Counted from the stretch's first letter, positions 25,473 to 35,512 are shown. The stretch: 64,000 nt of DNA from Candidatus Hodarchaeaceae archaeon (GCA_030018135.1 JASEGJ010000001.1:78298-142297), one strand, 5' to 3'. Notes: generated by a model not told the origin, from the letters alone. Translations and numbers: made by a program.

Positions 25473-26947
25473 TTACTCAGATGGATTCTCGCCCTGCTCC
25501 ATCAACTGTATGTATGGCTTCAACTTCCTCTCCATCAGCCTGATTATAAAGCCCTTTATCAGAAATCCCTGCAGGGGGTTCTTTCTGAAGTGGTCGCGCG
25601 CGAGCTCGGTGACCCACCTGAAATCGTGCTTCATGCACGCCGCGAGCAACATCCAGTGCTCCGGCAGCATGTCCTTCGCCCTAAAAAATCTCTCCCCTTG
25701 CATGGTCCCTATGGGGACAAAAAACAGCGGGACGATCAGGGATTTATATTCCCTGAGGCTTTCCACTAGCTCTATGGTTTCGACTACATCACTTGCTGTT
25801 TCGTCGGGAAACCCCATGATGAGCGTTGAACACGGGACCCAGTGGTTCTCCCTTAGCAATTTATGGGCTTCCAGCACGAGTTCCGGCCATTCCTGAGGCC
25901 TGAAGGGCGCCGCCTTGCCCCGCATGTATTTTTCCGCAATCCTCCGGGATCCCGTCTCTATCCCAACCTGCCCCGAGACCCAAGGTTTCTGCTTCGAGCC
26001 GAGATTCAGCAGCTCGGAGAGGTCCCTTATTAGGTTCGGTTTTGCCATCGCGGAGGCAAAGGCGAAGTGGGAAAAGCTAACATCCTTCTCCAGCCTTGAG
26101 ACTCCCGCGAACAATTTTCAGCACCTTCCTTTCATCGGGGATCGCACCCCTAGCCCCATACCTCAGAACATCCTCGGCATGCAGCAATACGCCGAGTCCA
26201 GCAGCGACGTTTACTTTTACTTCTTCCAATATCCTCTCGATCGGCCTACACCTGAAGTTCAATAGCGTCGGGTTGCAGAATTTACAGCCCCTCCCGCAAC
26301 CCCTAGCGATCTCGACGAGGCCGTTGATCGTCGGATTCCTTATTGATGGGATTTGGTCCAGGGGAACGACTTCCCCTTGGACGATCCTCGGAAGCTCGTC
26401 GCCGTTTAATGCTTTTTCGAAAACCTTAACCGCGGTTATCTCGCCCTCCCCCACGACGACGCAATCGATGTCAAATTTCGCGATTATCCTCTCGTCTGCC
26501 AGTTGCCAAGCTCCGGGTCCTCCCACAATGACCTTTAATTTATTTTTTCTGATCACCGGATCCGTAATCAACTTCCTGAAATAAATCGCGGAGTATGTCT
26601 CCCTCCCCGTTAAATCGGCGAAAGTGGTGGATGCGGGGCCTAGCCCGAGAGGGTCATTCGTCGTAATGCCAATGGCCTTCGTTTTCCCGTTTATGACTTT
26701 ATCAAGGTGCTCGGGATGCGCGACGGCAACGTCAAAGTCCTTCTCCAATAAGGCTGCCTCTATCTTTCTGGTCCCGGTCGGTGCGCAGGTCGCCTCCCCA
26801 TTTTTTTTGAGGAATTGGCGGGCTGAATATGAGCTTGTAAACCCACCCGGGCACGATTTTTGGGGAACAAGCGGCGAAGCCCAAGAACTCGCTCCCGCCA
26901 TAATCAGACAGGAGAGCGCGATCTGCGGTTAAAACTATCTCGGTCAC
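25473..26947 (-). pseudogene. Radical SAM protein (B12-binding-domain type), two frameshifts
   Basis: EIVLTAD..., RGCGRGCKFC and QVGIETGS lie in three ORF pieces; shifts at the A8 run (26801-26808) and the A4 run (about 26115). Confidence 0.8.
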
Positions 26948-27021
26948 GGTCCCGCCTCTCAAATTTATATGCAAAAAAATTTACATAAGGGCCCACAGGA
27001 AGGGGCATCCTAGAGTTACTC

Positions 27022-27273
27022 ATGAGGACAAGGGAAAAACTTTCGGTTAGCGAAATAACCGCGTGCATCAATAGGTCAGAGAGAGCCGTCAGAGCCCACC
27101 TAAAAAGTCTTTTCAACTTGGGCCTCGTGTGCAGGGAGGGCAGCGCCACTAAGCACGGAAAGATCGCCCATCGATACTTTGTGCCCAAAACCAAGGACAT
27201 GATAAAATCTGCGAGGAAGGAGATGCTCAAGCGCCTGCGCAACTTGGAAAAATTGGTGAGGGGCGCGAAGTGA
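27022..27273 (+). CDS. HTH transcriptional regulator (ArsR/TrmB-like), possibly 5'-damaged
   Basis: LSVSEI...SERAVRAHLKSL..GLV helix-turn-helix; directly upstream of the MMPL gene. Confidence 0.7.
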   Translation: MRTREKLSVSEITACINRSERAVRAHLKSLFNLGLVCREGSATKHGKIAHRYFVPKTKDMIKSARKEMLKRLRNLEKLVRGAK

Positions 27274-27291
27274 GATCAAGAGCGATCAGCT

Positions 27292-29579
27292 ATGAACCCC
27301 ATAGACAAAATTGCTAAACTTTGCGAAAGGAGGCCCCATCTCGTCATCGCTACCGTGGCAATTGTCACTTTGCTCCTCCTTCCGGGAATCCCAAAAATTA
27401 CCACCGAAACTAAAATGGAAACGTTCATACCCAAAGACTATCCATCGATAATGGCCCTTTCCGATGTGGAGAAAACATTTGGCGGGATGCGATACGAATC
27501 CATCTTGGTTGAGACAAAAAATGGCAAGGTAACAGATGCCGGTGCCATAAAATCGCTACTTGGCCTGCAACGAAAAATCCTTGTAGAACCCGCTTTGAAA
27601 GGGTATGCTGTCGAAGTCGAAAGCTATCTAAATTATCTTTTCCCATATATCATGGAAGATAACCAGCTACTGCCCGATGATGAACTTGAGCTGGCCGTGC
27701 AATCCTTTCTTTCCGGGCCGAGCGGCGCAAGTGTGGTCGGTCGATGGATAACCCCAGATCAAAAAATCTGCTTAATGAATGTAAACGTGGGGGCACACCT
27801 AAAATCGCGCGAAGCTGTGGAGAAAACTCAGTATTTTGAGAACTTGGTCAAAAGCTACGCGGCTGAGCATGGGATTTTTGATGCATCTATTACGGGCGGG
27901 TACTCGACCTCCAGAGATATGCAAAAAATTATCGAAGAGGACAACCGAGTCTTGTTGCCCGCTGCTGTGGCAATGATCATCGCAATTTTGGCGTTAGCAT
28001 TTCGTCGCGTTACCGATGTCGTTTTACCGTTTGTAGTCATTGCCCTAGCGGCGATATGAGTCCTCGGTATGATGGGCCATTTAGGCATCGTATTCACGAC
28101 CGTAGCCGTCGCGGTCCTCCCCCTCTTAATGGGGATAAGCATTGCCTACACTATACACATCATCAGCCGCTACAACGAGGAGAGGTCGAATGGTAAAAAT
28201 GCGGGCGAGGCCGCCGTATCGAGCATAAAGAACATGGGCACTGCCGTATTCCTAACGGCTGCGACGACCGCCATAGGCTTTGCCTCCTGGCTTATCTCGG
28301 ACCTGCCGCCGCTCCGCGATTTCGGCCTGCTCTGCATGTTGGGTATAATGTTCAGCTTTGCCCTCACCGTAACGCTACTGCCGGCGTTTTTGGTCATTCG
28401 AGACGGGAAAAAAGGGACCAAGAAAACCAAGGGGACGCAAAGGCTGGGCAGGTCGGCGCTGGACAGGGGATTAGTGAGGATCGCGACAATGACCAAACTT
28501 CACCCCAAGGGGGTTGTCGCAGTAGCTGGCGCGCTCACGGCAGTTGCGCTGGTCCTGACAACTCAAACTACTACTGCCATCTCATTTGAGGAACTCCTGC
28601 CAAGCGGGGTCGAATCAATCAGGACCAGCGATGAAATCAGGCAAAATTTCGGCGGTCAGGATCTCATCATGGTTCTGGTCAGGGGCGACGCGACCGATCC
28701 CAAAGTCCTCGAGACGATGGTATGGCTGGAACAGCATGTTCGCTTGGATAACAGAAATGTTAAAGGCGAGAGGGTTTACATAACGCGCGCGTACAGCGTT
28801 GCCGACATGGTGTTGATGGCCAGCGCAGGCGCCATACCGCGGACCTCGCAGGAGGTGGCAGCGATCCTTGAAAACCTCAGGCACCAAACACCCCACGTCG
28901 ACAGGCTCGTGACCTCCGATAATAACAAAACCATCGCGCTGTTCCACTGCGACGCCCGAAGCGATGCGGAGCTTAAGCTCACCGCCGACATCGTCAGAGA
29001 TTGGATCGGCCAGTTGCCTGATAACAGAGCCGAATTCGTGGCCACCGGGACGCCAGTCGTGGCCGCGGATCTGCTCTCGAAAATACCGCAGGATGCCCTT
29101 AACACCACTATGATGGCGCTCGCCCTATGCGCGGTGGTGCTGTGCATCGTGTTTAAGAGCATTGGAATGGGCTTAATTGCCATGGTGCCGATGGGTTTGG
29201 CACTGACGTGGCAGTTCGGCACATTTTACCTGCTCGATGTCCCCCTTAACGTGATCACGGTGCTGATCTCCGCTCTCCTCGTAGGCATCGGCATAGACTT
29301 CTCAATCCATACTACCCACCGCTATCTGGAGGGGGTGAGAGATCGCCAGCTTAAACCGGAGGGGGCTGTGCACGCTACCGTGCTCCACGTTGGCAGGGCG
29401 CTCCTAGCAGCTGCTGCGACCACCTGCGGTGCCTTCGGTTTGCTTGCGCTCTCGAGGGTGCCAATAATGAGACCTTCGGCAGCATGACAGCGCTCGCGAT
29501 ACTCTACTGCATGCTCGCGGCGCTGCTGGTTTTGCCCTCGCTACTTGTCGCCTATGCGGGACGGAGGATGGTTAACTAA
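27292..29579 (+). pseudogene. MMPL/RND-family transporter, disrupted
   Basis: In-frame TGA at 28057-28059 (ALAAI*VLGMM); frameshift near 29472 after which TFGSMTALAILYC...LVLPSLL continues; GIGIDFSIH motif. Confidence 0.82.
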
Positions 29580-29918
29580 TAGAATGGAAGCAAAGTAATC
29601 GGCGATGCTATTAAGAAGATCAAGAGTGCTCCCATAACTACCATGGCCACTCGTATGGACTTTTCTATATTCTTGTTCACTATCCCGCCACATATCAACA
29701 TGCCAACGAGAAATACTGTGCCCAGATCGCTAAATACCGTGGACGCCTTCCAAGCTGTTTCCCCTGCCCCCAAATAGAGAAATCAACCTGCCTATCCATA
29801 GCAAAAATATGCCAAATACTGCGCCTACAGCAATGGCTGTTTCAGAGAACGTCGTTGCAACCATCATTGAAATTAGCGAGGGCGCCTGTTGCACCTTCGG
29901 CTCACGTCTTCTTTCCAC
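29576..29918 (-). pseudogene. Small membrane protein, frameshifted
   Basis: Two overlapping hydrophobic ORFs joined at a G-run near 29770. Confidence 0.45.
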
Positions 29919-30031
29919 ATTTTCAACCCCAAGACTTGATACTTAAACAGTAAAAAGATGGGTATAAATCCTTTGGAGCTTCGGACAAGTGCCCTACGCC
30001 TTATCCTTTCGCGAGTTTTCCTGATTTTTAC

Positions 30032-30154
30032 TGGTGGGGTCGCTGGGATTCGAACCCAGGTCCCTGGCTTTTTTGCCCGACCTTGTCCCATTTGGCAGAC
30101 CATTGAGAACTTGATCTTAAGCCAGAAGGATAGGCCAAGCTACCCCACGACCCC
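30032..30154 (-). tRNA. tRNA-Pro(TGG) with two introns: 33/34 (30091-30118) and 37/38 (30070-30086)
   Basis: Pro-type body GGGGTCGTGGGGTAGCTTGG; 4-nt middle exon TGGG; BHB at both introns; encoded CCA. Confidence 0.9.
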
Positions 30155-30185
30155 AAAAAAACAGGTGATAAAAAGGATAAAAATT

Positions 30186-30500
30186 CTATGGGGGCCTTGA
30201 AATCCTCGCCAAGGGGCCACGCTTGTCGGCGCGCTTGAAGCCATAGCGTTCGTACCGAGCGACTCGTCCCTCGAAAACTTCCGCGACGACCTCGAAGCCC
30301 TTGAAATCGACCAAGATTCGTTCGAGGAGGGCGCTTCCTATCCCCCTGCCCCTCTCGCCGTTGCTCACGTTGATGCTGCGCAGTAGCGCGGTCCCGTTAG
30401 GCCGAAGCGCTACGGTGGCACCAGCTATCACTTTGCTACCGTACTCGTCCCATAGGATGTATTGACACATGCCCCCAGAGTCCATGCGCTCAATTCGCAT
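30186..30500 (-). CDS. GNAT-family N-acetyltransferase
   Basis: V---ERGRGIGSALL and YERYGF motifs. Confidence 0.8.
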   Translation of the reverse strand: MRIERMDSGGMCQYILWDEYGSKVIAGATVALRPNGTALLRSINVSNGERGRGIGSALLERILVDFKGFEVVAEVFEGRVARYERYGFKRADKRGPLARISRPP

Positions 30501-30576
30501 TTGGGTTCCCCATTCTAATTGCGAGGCGTCCTATAAACTTTTAGCCGCCAAGCAATGAACTGCCCTGAGGAATTGC

Positions 30577-31179
30577 ATGGGGAGGCTTAGGCACATAGCG
30601 ATCGAACTCAGGGATCACGCGCCTTTTACGGCGTTCGGGGCTTCGTCGGGCGCAGCCATAGCGGGCGCGATGTACTTACCTCGCGCGGAGACCATGATCG
30701 ACCTGTCCTGGAAAGCATTTCACATCTTCCACCCACTCCACTTGCTGTTGAGCGCGATTGTGACGGCGGCGATGTTTAGGCGTCACGGGGGCGGGATCTT
30801 AAGCGCCGTGAGCATTGGTGCTGCCGGCTCCGTGGGGATATGTATGATGAGCGATGTGGTCATTCCGTACCTGGGGGGCTCGTTGTTGGGCGTGGAGATG
30901 ACGCTGCACATCGACCTATTGGAGCACCCGCAATTCGTCGTCGTCCCAATCTTGGCAGGTGCGGCAATCGGCGCAGCTACGAGGCTCTGGACCAGGTGTC
31001 CTCATGCTGCGCACGTGATGATAAGCACCCTGGCATCGCTCTTCTATCTCACCGCCTTTGGGGTGGCGGATTGGATCCCCAAGCTCCCATTTGTGTTTGT
31101 GTTGCTGTTCGTGGCGGTTTGGTTGCCGTGTTGCACGAGCGACATAGTCTTCCCCCTTTCATTCGCGAAGAGGTTTTGA
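30577..31179 (+). CDS. Hypothetical membrane protein with duplicated His/Cys-Ser-Asp motifs
   Basis: About six TM segments; HPLH and CMMSD repeated as HAAH and CCTSD. Confidence 0.7.
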   Translation: MGRLRHIAIELRDHAPFTAFGASSGAAIAGAMYLPRAETMIDLSWKAFHIFHPLHLLLSAIVTAAMFRRHGGGILSAVSIGAAGSVGICMMSDVVIPYLGGSLLGVEMTLHIDLLEHPQFVVVPILAGAAIGAATRLWTRCPHAAHVMISTLASLFYLTAFGVADWIPKLPFVFVLLFVAVWLPCCTSDIVFPLSFAKRF

Positions 31180-31424
31180 GGGCGCTGCTGAAGGAGGGCC
31201 TGCCAGATGGATGGGGGATAGATGTATCCATCCTCATCGAGACCAAGATGCTGGGCTTCGCGATCAAGGAGATTTTCCTGGGGTCGAAGCAGCACCGCTC
31301 CTACCTTGATTACGAGAAGGATGTGGGCGAGCTCGGGCGGATGAGCGAACAGGTGGCGGTCGCTATACTGCAGAAGGCGAAGAAGTACGATAGGATCGAT
31401 AACATGGATGAGATACTCACGTAG
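31179..31424 (+). pseudogene. C-terminal remnant of a GT2 glycosyltransferase (GpgS-like)
   Basis: GWGIDVSILIE...EIFLG-KQH...LGRMSEQVAVAIL resembles the GpgS/GT2 C-terminus; no N-terminus present. Confidence 0.5.
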
Positions 31425-31510
31425 CTTCGGAACTCCATGGCCGGGGTGTTCCCGTGCCACGACTTCGATCCCCAACAGGATGACCGTTACCGTTTCTGAA
31501 CCGTGGGCGA

Positions 31511-31618
31511 TGGAGCCCCGGGTGGGCTTTGAACCCACGACCTACTGATCGCTTGCCGCCTGGTTACAAGTTTCGACAGCTCACCTTCAGTCGCTCTACC
31601 AGGCTGAGCTACCGGGGC
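31511..31618 (-). tRNA. tRNA-Thr(TGT) with two introns: 30/31 (31572-31587) and 37/38 (31550-31564)
   Basis: Spliced arm ACTGA-CT-TGT-AA-TCAGT; helices CGAC/GTCG and CTTG/CAAG with 3-nt bulges; U73 + CCA. Confidence 0.92.
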
Positions 31619-31798
31619 CCAAATAATAACTAAATTTTCAAGTTAATTTTCGTTTCCCTCATGCCCTCAAACTGGCGATGCCTCATGCTCACAAATCTAC
31701 CGTCCCCCTGGCTCTCAACTTGCCAACAATGAAATTTTTGCACGATCGGCGTGCTATACCGAGCAGCAATAATTGGCGCCAATCGACAAAAGACGGGG

Positions 31799-32524
31799 CT
31801 ACTGCCTCTCCCTTCGCAACCCATACCACCCGAACGACGTCCCAGATGCTGTGAGCACGCCCTCGGCGATGTCGAGCATCGCCGCACGTTGGTCCTTCGC
31901 TTGAACTACGCCGGAGGCTATTATCACGCCCTCGGCGCCGAGCTGGAGCGCCACGCTGACATCCTCGCCTACTGAAATGCCCGCGCCGCAGAGCACCCGC
32001 ACATCTGGGTTGACCTTGTGTACCTCCTCAACCGTGTTGCGCACGACATCCGGCTTAACCTTGGAGACGGAGATGCCGCTGCCTATGAGCTCCGGTGGCT
32101 CCACGGCTATCATGTCCGGCCCTAGGGCGGCAACCGACTTGCTTATGCTGACGTTGTCCGCACAGACGATGCTCACCATGCCGAGTTCTTTCACGCGCTT
32201 GATGATCTGCTCTATGTCAAACAACCTTAGGCGGTGCTCGGAGTGGTTGACAAGCGCGCCTATCGCGCCCGCCTCCTTCGCCGCCTCAGGCAAAATCCAA
32301 CCCGTGTGGCCGCCCGGTGAAATCGGATCGACGTGCTGCGCTAGCACCGGGATATCGACAACGCTCGCGACGCGATGGATATCAGCATGCTGCGGCGCGA
32401 TTGCAACGCTTATGCCCTTTTCACTCGCAACCTCGACGATGAGCCTCGCGAGCTCCACCGCCCTCTCGCCAGTTGCGCTAGCATATGTTTTGAAATTCAC
32501 TATCACGAGCGGTGTCTCGAGCAT
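31799..32524 (-). CDS. tpiA: Triosephosphate isomerase (archaeal type)
   Basis: VNFKTY, NHSE, AVEPPELIG and LCGAGI motifs. Confidence 0.96.
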   Translation of the reverse strand: MLETPLVIVNFKTYASATGERAVELARLIVEVASEKGISVAIAPQHADIHRVASVVDIPVLAQHVDPISPGGHTGWILPEAAKEAGAIGALVNHSEHRLRLFDIEQIIKRVKELGMVSIVCADNVSISKSVAALGPDMIAVEPPELIGSGISVSKVKPDVVRNTVEEVHKVNPDVRVLCGAGISVGEDVSVALQLGAEGVIIASGVVQAKDQRAAMLDIAEGVLTASGTSFGWYGLRRERQ

Positions 32525-32584
32525 GCTCCACCGAACGAACTTTGCCCTGCGGGCTTTAAAAACCTCCCCACCAAACCTCCGAAT

Positions 32585-33682
32585 ATGCGCCGCCTGCTAG
32601 CTAGCATGTTCATCACCTCATTCGCCATGGGCATCGTCGGGCTAGTCCTCGTACTCTACGCAAAGGACCATCTAAACGCGAGCTATACCGAGATTGGGCT
32701 GCTCGGGCCAGCGTATGCTACACTCCATGTCCCGCTCTCCGTGCCAGCTGGGCGCCTAGCCGACCGCCACGGCAGGGGGCCGCTTCTCACCCTCGGCCTC
32801 CTGTCGACTGCGTGCACTTTTCTGCTATATTCCCGTGCGAACACCGTGGCTTGGTTGCTTGTGGTGCGCCTGCTGCATGGCGCGGCGGAGGCACCGATCT
32901 GGGTGAATGCTCAAAGCGCGGTGGTCGAGTTTTCGACTCCCATCAACCGCGGGCGGGCGATGGGTGCATATGGTGTATCTTGGGCGACGGGCTTTACGTT
33001 GGGGCCGTTCATCGGCGGTCTGCTGTCCGGAGCCATGCGTCCGATGTGGTCGTTCCTCATCGGCGCCGCCCTAACCCTCCTCGCAGCCGCGGTGACAGCA
33101 GGCGCCCACTTCCATAAGCCGAAGGTAACCCCTGAGAAAATGGCGCTGCGCGGCCTGCTGCCAGCCTGCTTGATAGGCATGCTCTATTTTGGCATAGTCG
33201 CCATCGTCTTCACCCTCTTTCCGGCCTACGCCAGACAACTCGACATCTCCGAGCCGCGGATAGGGCTGTTATTGGCGCTATTCGGAGGGATCCGCATCGT
33301 GTTTTTGGTGCCCATGGGCGGGCTCTCAGATAGGTTTGGGAGCCGCCCAATCATCCTGCTGGGGATGCTCGGGCTGGCTGCCTCGCTGGCCAGCATAGCC
33401 GCAACGACGGAATATCTGATGTTCGTCGTCGCGGTCCTATTCCTCGGGATATCGGAGGGTGCGACCTACCCAGCGGTGATGAGCATGGTGTCAAAGGTAG
33501 GGGGGAATGAAAATCGCGGCTACGTGCTCGGTGTATTCAATGCTGTCGCCACGGTTGGCTGGGGCCTGCTACCCGGCGTCGGCGGGCTCACCGCGGACGT
33601 TCTCGGTCCGACGGCACCCTACCTGATGTGTGCACTCATAGCGCTGTCCATGTTTGCCTTCGTGTGGAGGTCCTCGCTGTGA
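32585..33682 (+). CDS. MFS transporter
   Basis: GRLADRHGR and GGLSDRFGSR motif A; about 12 TM segments. Confidence 0.9.
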   Translation: MRRLLASMFITSFAMGIVGLVLVLYAKDHLNASYTEIGLLGPAYATLHVPLSVPAGRLADRHGRGPLLTLGLLSTACTFLLYSRANTVAWLLVVRLLHGAAEAPIWVNAQSAVVEFSTPINRGRAMGAYGVSWATGFTLGPFIGGLLSGAMRPMWSFLIGAALTLLAAAVTAGAHFHKPKVTPEKMALRGLLPACLIGMLYFGIVAIVFTLFPAYARQLDISEPRIGLLLALFGGIRIVFLVPMGGLSDRFGSRPIILLGMLGLAASLASIAATTEYLMFVVAVLFLGISEGATYPAVMSMVSKVGGNENRGYVLGVFNAVATVGWGLLPGVGGLTADVLGPTAPYLMCALIALSMFAFVWRSSL

Positions 33683-33787
33683 AAGCGTGGGTTGGCGATC
33701 ACCGCTTAGATCCGATCCCAGTGTGCTTCGATTTGCCCTAGCTCAGAAAATGGATATGCGTGCCATCAAAAGCTCATGAGTCCAATG

Positions 33788-33906
33788 TGCCGGGGGCGGG
33801 ACTCGAACCCGCGATCTCAGGATTTCTCACATCATGGTTGATCAGCACTCACAGCCAGTGGTTTGGGCTATGAGTCCTGCGCTTTAACCAGCTAAGCTAC
33901 CCCGGC
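33788..33906 (-). tRNA. Elongator tRNA-Met(CAT) with 45-nt intron at 37/38 (33824-33868)
   Basis: GCCGGGG acceptor; CAGGA-CT-CAT-A|...|A-TCCTG; helix CTCA/TGAG; bulges TA|G and AA|A. Confidence 0.92.
33829..33856 (-). ncRNA. Putative intron-encoded box C'/D' (K-loop) methylation guide targeting its own C34
   Basis: GGCTGTGAGT-G-CTGA-TCAACC-ATGATGT; guide pairs with ACTCATAGCC; fifth nt upstream of the D box pairs with C34. Confidence 0.65.
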
Positions 33907-34146
33907 TGGTTGATTATTTATTTTTCGATTTTATTTTAACTTGTCGTAAAGGGTCCCACAAACGTTTGGCGCCGGGTCTATGAAATTCACGAGACCTGTT
34001 CAAAGCCCCATTGGGGAACCCGCACCTAAGCTCTTAAAAAAAGTAATAGACGGGTGAGATGTACCGACCGAGAGGACGGAGAGATCGTCGAAAGTATTTA
34101 AAACCTTTTCTATTGCTGGGGGCTTCTCAAATTACTTCTGAAAAAT

Positions 34147-34857
34147 CTATCTAAGCTTTGACGACCGCATGAATCTTAAGAAATCTTTTTTTGACCTCAG
34201 GACAACGCAGCCGCCCTCGTAGCCCACGAATACTATGTCGGCAGAATTGACAAACAGGCCATTCTCCACGGCACCCGGCACGTGGTCGAGGGCTTCCTCG
34301 AGTTCAGCTGGATGGGGGATCGAGTCGAATTTAACATCGACGATATAATTCCCGTTGTCGGTTACGAACGGCATGCGCTCCCTAGTCATGCGCAGCACTG
34401 GCTTGCCATTGAGTTCGGCCAGCCTCCGCATGGTGTACTTTTGCACGAACGGCAATATCTCGACGGGCACCGGCCTGCGCTCGCCCAATCGCCTCACGAG
34501 CTTGGTGCGATCGACGATTATCGCGATCCTCTTCGACGCACTCATCAGTATTTTCTCCCGCGTATGGGCTCCTCCGCGCCCCTTTATCATGTTAAAGTTC
34601 GGATCTATCTCGTCGGCGCCGTCGATCATCAGGTCGAGCTTGGGATACTCGTCCGACGTGCTCAAGCGCAATCCCCTGCCCGCCGCGAACTTTTGAATTG
34701 CGAACGAGCTCGGCACGAAGGTGGCGTTAATCTCGCGCTCGGCTAGGATGCGGACGACATGAGCAACCGTCGTGCCAGAACCCAAGCCGACGACCATTCT
34801 TCCTCTAACAAGCTTCGCTGCAGCCTTCGCGGCCGCCATCTTCCATTCCTCGACCAC
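34147..34857 (-). CDS. rpiA: Ribose-5-phosphate isomerase A
   Basis: GLGSGTT, IDGADE, IKGRGGAH-REK and TDNGN motifs. Confidence 0.95.
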   Translation of the reverse strand: MVEEWKMAAAKAAAKLVRGRMVVGLGSGTTVAHVVRILAEREINATFVPSSFAIQKFAAGRGLRLSTSDEYPKLDLMIDGADEIDPNFNMIKGRGGAHTREKILMSASKRIAIIVDRTKLVRRLGERRPVPVEILPFVQKYTMRRLAELNGKPVLRMTRERMPFVTDNGNYIVDVKFDSIPHPAELEEALDHVPGAVENGLFVNSADIVFVGYEGGCVVLRSKKDFLRFMRSSKLR

Positions 34858-34955
34858 CAAAGCAAGCCCAAGTGAAGCTTCTAACGCTGGGGGCTTAATA
34901 ATTTCCTCTACGACATTATTAAATAGCGTTGACAATATTTGAAAATGGTGAGGCT

Positions 34956-35489
34956 GTGAAACGCGTCATACCAGTTAGGGCTGCGATGACCGAAAAAGTT
35001 CTCACGGCTGGCCCTAGGACAACAGTTGCCAAGGCCGCTAAGCTCATGAGCGAGCGCGGCGTCGGTAGCATCATTATCACTCAAGGCAAGAAGCCGGTGG
35101 GCATCCTAACGGAGCGAGACCTGCTCATGAAAGTCGTTTCCGTGGACCTACGACCCAGCAAGGTACTCGTCAGCAAGGTGATGTCGAGTCCGGTCTTAAC
35201 TGTCGGTCCCGAGACGGAAGTTGCCGAGGCTGCCCGAGTCATGATCCGCAATAGGATCAGGCGCCTGCCCGTCGTTGACCGCGGGCGCCTCGTCGGAATC
35301 GTAACAGCGAGCGATATCACTGCGATCTCGCCGGAACTTATAGAGGTGTTACCGGAGCGCCCGGAACTGCCACCCCGTGAGGAGATAGATGAGAGCGTCT
35401 GCGAGGTCTGCGGCGAGGTGACCGCCTCACTTCACGAAGTAAATGGCATGTGGGTTTGTGAAAATTGTCGCGACTTTTTGGGCGGGTAG
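34956..35489 (+). CDS. CBS-pair protein with C-terminal Cys4 Zn-finger
   Basis: Two CBS domains plus CEVCG...VCENC. Confidence 0.88.
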   Translation: MKRVIPVRAAMTEKVLTAGPRTTVAKAAKLMSERGVGSIIITQGKKPVGILTERDLLMKVVSVDLRPSKVLVSKVMSSPVLTVGPETEVAEAARVMIRNRIRRLPVVDRGRLVGIVTASDITAISPELIEVLPERPELPPREEIDESVCEVCGEVTASLHEVNGMWVCENCRDFLGG

Positions 35490-35512
35490 ATGATGTCATG
35501 GCCTGCCGCGAT

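Noticed and set aside
28057-28059. UGA recoding (Trp or Sec) in the MMPL gene
   Set aside because: Many genes here use TGA as a normal stop, and the same gene also has a frameshift; nonsense mutation is more likely
30032-30154. tRNA-Leu(AAG)
   Set aside because: No long variable arm, Pro-type body, and AAG is the start of an intron
34059-34154. 31-aa basic ORF MYRPRGRRDRRKYLK... with a GGGTGA RBS
   Set aside because: No recognisable family and it overlaps the rpiA 3' end; cannot be supported from sequence alone
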